Shown: one piece after another, positions 59,524-64,000 of the stretch
Position numbering within the stretch: the first letter of the stretch is position 1
Layout: each line of letters starts with the position of its first letter
NCBI RefSeq assembly: GCF_035084215.1
Contig: NC_090338.1
Coordinates: 15,748,001 to 15,812,000 of the forward strand
Reading direction: 5' to 3'
DNA length: 64,000 nucleotides
Source: Heptranchias perlo
Lineage: Eukaryota
Notes under the pieces: generated by a model
What the model was told of the DNA's origin: nothing
Seen by the model: only the letters and a program-made list of their open reading frames with translations
Database searches by the model: none
Position numbers and translations under genes: made by a program

Positions 59524-61134
59524 TTTTTTTTTATTCATTCATGGGATGTGGGCATCGCTGGCAAGGCCAGCATTTATTGCCCATCTCTAATTGCCTTTGA
59601 GACGGTGGTGGTGAGCCACCTTCTTGAACTGCTGCAGTCCGTGTGGTGAAGGTTCTCCCACAGTGCTGTTAGGTAGGGAGTTCCAGGATTTTGACCCAGG
59701 GACGATGAAGGAACGGCGATATATTTCCAAGTCGGGATGGTGTGTGACTTGGAGGGGAACGTGCAGGTGGTGTTGTTCCCATGTGCCTGCTGCCCTTGTC
59801 CTTCTAGGTGATAGAGGTCATGGGTTTGGAAGGTGCTGTCGAAGAAACTTTGGCGATTTGCTGCAGTGCATCCTGTGGATGGTACACACTGCAGCCATGG
59901 TGCGCCGGTGGTGAAGGGAGTGAATGTTTAGGGTGGGGGATGGGGTGCCAATCAAGCGGGCTGCTTTGTCCTGGATGGTGTCTAGTTTCTTGAGTGTTGT
60001 TGGAGCTGCACTCATCCAGGCAAGTGAGTATTCCATCTCACTCCTGACTTGTGCCTTGTAGATGGTGGAAAGGCTTTGGGGAGTCAGGAGGTGAGTCACT
60101 CGCCTCAGAATACCCAGCCTCTGACGTGCTCTTGCAGCCACAGTATTTATATGGCTGGTCCAGTTAAGTTTCTGGTCAATGGTGACCCCCATGGTTGATG
60201 GTGGGGGGTTCGCCGATGATAATGCCATTGAATGTCAAATGGAGATGGTTAGTTTCACTCTTGTTGGAGATGGTCATTGCCTGGCACTAGTTGGCGCGAA
60301 TGTTACTTGCCACTTATCAGCCCAAGCCTGGATGTTGTCCAGGTCTTGCTGCATGCGGGCACGGACTACTTCATTATCTGAGGGGTTGCGAATGGAACTG
60401 AACACTGTGCAATCATCAGCAAACATCCTCATTTCTGACCTTATGATGGAGGAAAGTCATTGAGGAAGCAGCTGAAGATGGTTGGGCAGAGCACAATGAC
60501 CTTTGTGCTAGGTATGACTCCAGCCACTGGAGAGTTTTACTACTGATTCCCATTGACTTCAATTTTAATAGGACTCCTTGGTGCCACATTCGGTCAAATG
60601 CTGCCTTGATGTCAAGGGCAGTCACTCTCACCTCACCTCTGGAATTCAGCTCTTTTGTCCATGTTTGGACCAAGGCTGTAATGAGGTCTGGAGCCGAGTG
60701 GTCCTGGCGGAACCCAAGCTGAGCATTGTTGAGCAGGTTATTGGTGAGTAAGTGTCGCTTGATAGCACTGTCAACAACACCTTCCATCACTTCGCTGATG
60801 ATTGAGAGTAGACTGAGAGTAATTGGCCGGATTGGATTTGTCCTGCTTTTTGTGGACAGGACATACCTGGGCAATTTTCCACATTGTCGGGTAGTTGTAG
60901 CTGTACTGGAACAGTTCGGCTATAGGCGTGGCTAGTTCTGGAGCACAAGTCTTCAGCACTTTAGCCGGGACGTTGTCAGGGCCCATAGCCTTTGCTGTAT
61001 CCTGTGCACTCAGCCTTTTCTTGATATCACGTGGAATGAATCGAATTGGCTGAAGACTGGCTTCTCCGGTGGTGGGGATATCGGGAGGAGGCCGAGATGG
61101 ATTATCTACAAGGCACTTCTGGCTGAAGATGGTT
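59524..61134 (-). mobile_element. LINE family B, RT-containing 3' fragment
   Basis: QLGFRQDHS, ALDIKAAFDRMWH plus the shared family-B C-terminus and tail. Confidence 0.88.
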
Positions 61135-62869
61135 CTATCGGCATATAAATAGGGAACAGGTAGTAAGAGGGGCAGTGGGGCCGGTTAGGGACCAAAAAGG
61201 AGATGTATGCATGGAGGCATAGGGCATGGCTGAGGTATTAAATGAGTACTTTGCATCTGTCTTTACCAAGGAAGAAGATGCTGCCAAAGTCACAGTATAA
61301 GAGGAGGTAGTTGAGATACTGGATGGGCTAAAAATTGATAAAGAGGAGGTACTAGAAAGGCTGGCTGTACTTAAAGTAGATAAGTCACCCGGTTTGGATG
61401 GGATGCCTCCTAGGTTGCTGAGGGAAGTAAGGGTGGAAAAATTGCAGAGCTGCTGGCCATAATTTTCCAATCATCCTCAGAGATGGGAGTGGTGCCAGAG
61501 AACTGGGGAATTGCAAATGTTATACCTTTTTTCAAAAAAGGATAAACCCGGGAACTACAGGCCAGTAAATTTAATCTCGGTGGTGGGGAAGCTTTTAGAA
61601 ACGATAATCCGGGACAAAATTAATCGTCACTTGGACAAGCGTGGATTAAAAAAGGAAAGCCAACAGGGATTTGTTTAAAGGCAAATCTAGTTTAACTAAC
61701 TTGATTAAGTTTTTGATGAGGTCAATGCAGTTAATGTTGTTTATATGGACTTTCAAAATGCTTTTGATAAAGTGCCACATAACAGGCTTGTCCACAAAAT
61801 TGAAGCCCATGGAGTAAAAGGAGCAGTGGTAGCATGGATACGAAATTGGCTAAGTGACAGGAAACAGGTCAACGATTGTTTTTCGGACTGGAGGAAGGTA
61901 TACAGTGGTGTTCCCCAGGGGTCAGTCCTGGGACCACTGCTTTTTTTGATATATATTAATAATTGGACTTGGGTGTACAGGGCACAATTTCAAAATTTTC
62001 AGATGACACAAAACTTGGAAGTGTAGTAAAGTGAAGAGTATAGTAACAGACTTCAAGAGGACATAGACAGGCTGGTGGAATGGGCGGACACATGGCAGAT
62101 GAAATTTAATGCAGAGAATTGCGAAGTGATACATTTTGGCAGGAAGAATGAGGAGAGGCAATATAAATTAAATGGTATAATTCTAAAGGGGCTGGAGGAA
62201 CACAGGGTCCTGGGGGTGTACGTGCACAAATCTTTGAAGGTACAGGACAGGTTGAGAAAGTGGTTAAAAAAGCATACGGGATCCTGGGCTTTCTTAAAGA
62301 GGCAAGGAGTACAAAAGCAAGGAATTATATTGAACCTTCATAAAACACTGTTGGGCTCAATGGGCCGAATGGCCTCCTTCTTTGCTGTAACAATTCTATA
62401 ATTCTATAATTCTATGAATCTATGATTCTATGACTTGCACATTTAATGGGAAGCTGGATAAACACACGAGGGAGAAAGGAATAGTAGGATCTGCTGATAG
62501 GATTACAGGAAGTAGGGAGGGAGGAGGCTCGTGTGGATATAAACACCAGCATGGACCTGTTGGGTCAAATGGCCTGTTCCTGTGCTGTACATTCTTTGTA
62601 ATTCTGTGAAAGGTGACCAAGTGATTGGTCAAAAAGGTCGGTTTTAAGGAGTGTTTTAAAGGAGGAGGAAGAGGTTTAGGGAGGGAATTCCAGATCTTAG
62701 GGCCTGGGCAGCTAAAGGCACAGCCACCAATGGTGGAGCGACTAAAATCAGGGATGCACAAGAGGCCAGAATTGGAGAAGCAGAGAGATCTCGGAGGGTT
62801 GCAGGGCTGGAGGAGATTACAGAGACAGGGAAGTAACAACTGTGGCTACGAGAGTGACAAAGACATTTA

Positions 62870-64000
62870 GGGGAAAAATTTGATATGGGCCGTTTTGGGG
62901 TGTAGGTAGCGTGATGTGCTATTGCCCCGCGCCCAATGGCCCCTGTGCAGGCAGGTCGCAAGTTTCAGCCCACCCGAGGACTTACCTGCAATCAGCATTC
63001 CATTCCAGGCCTTGCAAGTGGAATCAATGCAATTTGCACTTTCCACCACCAGAGGGAGTTCAATCTCTTAAAGGGAGGATGTTTCTTGGAAATCTCTTAA
63101 AGGTAGCTGGTACCTGTTATTTGCTGAAAATAACAGTCTACTGTCTGCACGGAGATCAGACATCGCACACATAAGACTCAAATGCAGGTACCATCTCTAT
63201 GTTTACACAGGGATGAGTTATGTTGAAACATCGAATAAAGGTTGCGCATTACTAAATCCCAGATCCTCCAAGCTGCACGCCACACCTCACCAATATGCCG
63301 ATCTGAGTTGGTACCAGGCCTGCGAGAGTGCATGCACCAAGGTTCTCTGCTGATGCACTAAAAACCTTGGTGCAAGAGCTGAACAGAAGGAAGTACATCC
63401 TATATTCGCAGGGGGGGTGTGGTGTGGGGTGAGGGGGGGGGGGGCAAGAGGCCCTCCAGACATATACCAAAAGGCAGTGGAAGGCAGTGGGAGACAAAGT
63501 CAATGCCAGGTGCACAGCATCATGAACATGGATGCAGTGCAGGAAGACGTTCAATGTTTGAAATGAATGATCAAGGTGAGTGAGGTCAACTGTCAAATGA
63601 CGTCTCCTACCAACTGCACCACGCACCACACCCCACATCCCCCACATACCAACAAACTCTTTCCATCAGTACTCAACTCTTCAAACCAGATGCTTCCTCT
63701 CACCCTTACACATTACCACTATTTCAAGCCACCCACCCACACACAACTCACAGGCCACACACAATGGCAGCTATTCAACCATAACAGGCACATCACCCAG
63801 ACACACGTCCCGTTTTCTTGCAGGAGAAAGTGGCGCGTATCAAGAGACAGCAAGTGGCTGTGGCATTTAGCCCGTCGAGCCTGTTTCGCCATTCATTGAG
63901 ATCATGGTGGACCTGTGACCTAACTCAATATACCTGTCTTAGCCCCATATCCTTTAACACCCTCGGTTCACAGAAATCTATTAATCTCAGATTTAACTTT
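62870..64000 (+). mobile_element. Harbinger family B copy 2 (runs off the window)
   Basis: Colinear with 40048 onward, including the Myb remnant and the CR1-derived piece. Confidence 0.85.

Larger units (their letters stand above)
56470..62430 (+). mobile_element. Degraded near-full-length CR1 with nested MITE and LINE B
   Basis: ORF1 CNSCAMWE...HVCRKC, VVHVGTND, DGLHL; TTTAAAC-TAA at 57352-57361; broken APE/RT to about 62340; ATTCTAT tail. Confidence 0.85.

Noticed and set aside
1-64000. CRISPR arrays, rRNA or tRNA genes, operon-like systems
   Set aside because: None seen; the recurring short repeats are CR1 tails in eukaryotic DNA.

Overview
Repeat-dense, gene-poor vertebrate DNA. The repeat repertoire (CR1 LINEs with esterase ORF1, Deu-domain SINEs, Penelope-type hammerhead tails, PIF/Harbinger families) points to a cartilaginous fish, probably a shark; this is an inference. 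Host content is a set of phase-1/phase-1 immunoglobulin-superfamily exons on the - strand: Cys-less V (53430-53771), C2 (51609-51878), V (48802-49146), WxC-type C2 (48464-48723, frameshifted), a second Cys-less V (31975-32326, frameshifted), a second C2 (30060-30329) and a second WxC C2 (2180-2452). An inverted pseudo-exon sits at 9212-9552 (+). The V-C2-V-C2(WxC) module resembles the CD4/LAG-3/G6F-like superfamily, here duplicated and decaying. The rest is nested mobile DNA: a full-length CR1 with intact ORF2 inside a Harbinger, many Harbinger elements/MITEs sharing an extended target site, a class-III/loki-like retroviral remnant, probable solo LTRs and two hammerhead ribozyme motifs. Top observation: three different CR1 lineages end ORF1 with the slippery heptamer U_UUA_AAC next to the ORF1 stop position, with ORF2 open in the -1 frame from that site. 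Two of the three have no AUG before the endonuclease motif. This suggests a conserved programmed -1 ribosomal frameshift making an ORF1-ORF2 fusion. All analysis was by eye; boundaries of degraded repeats are approximate.
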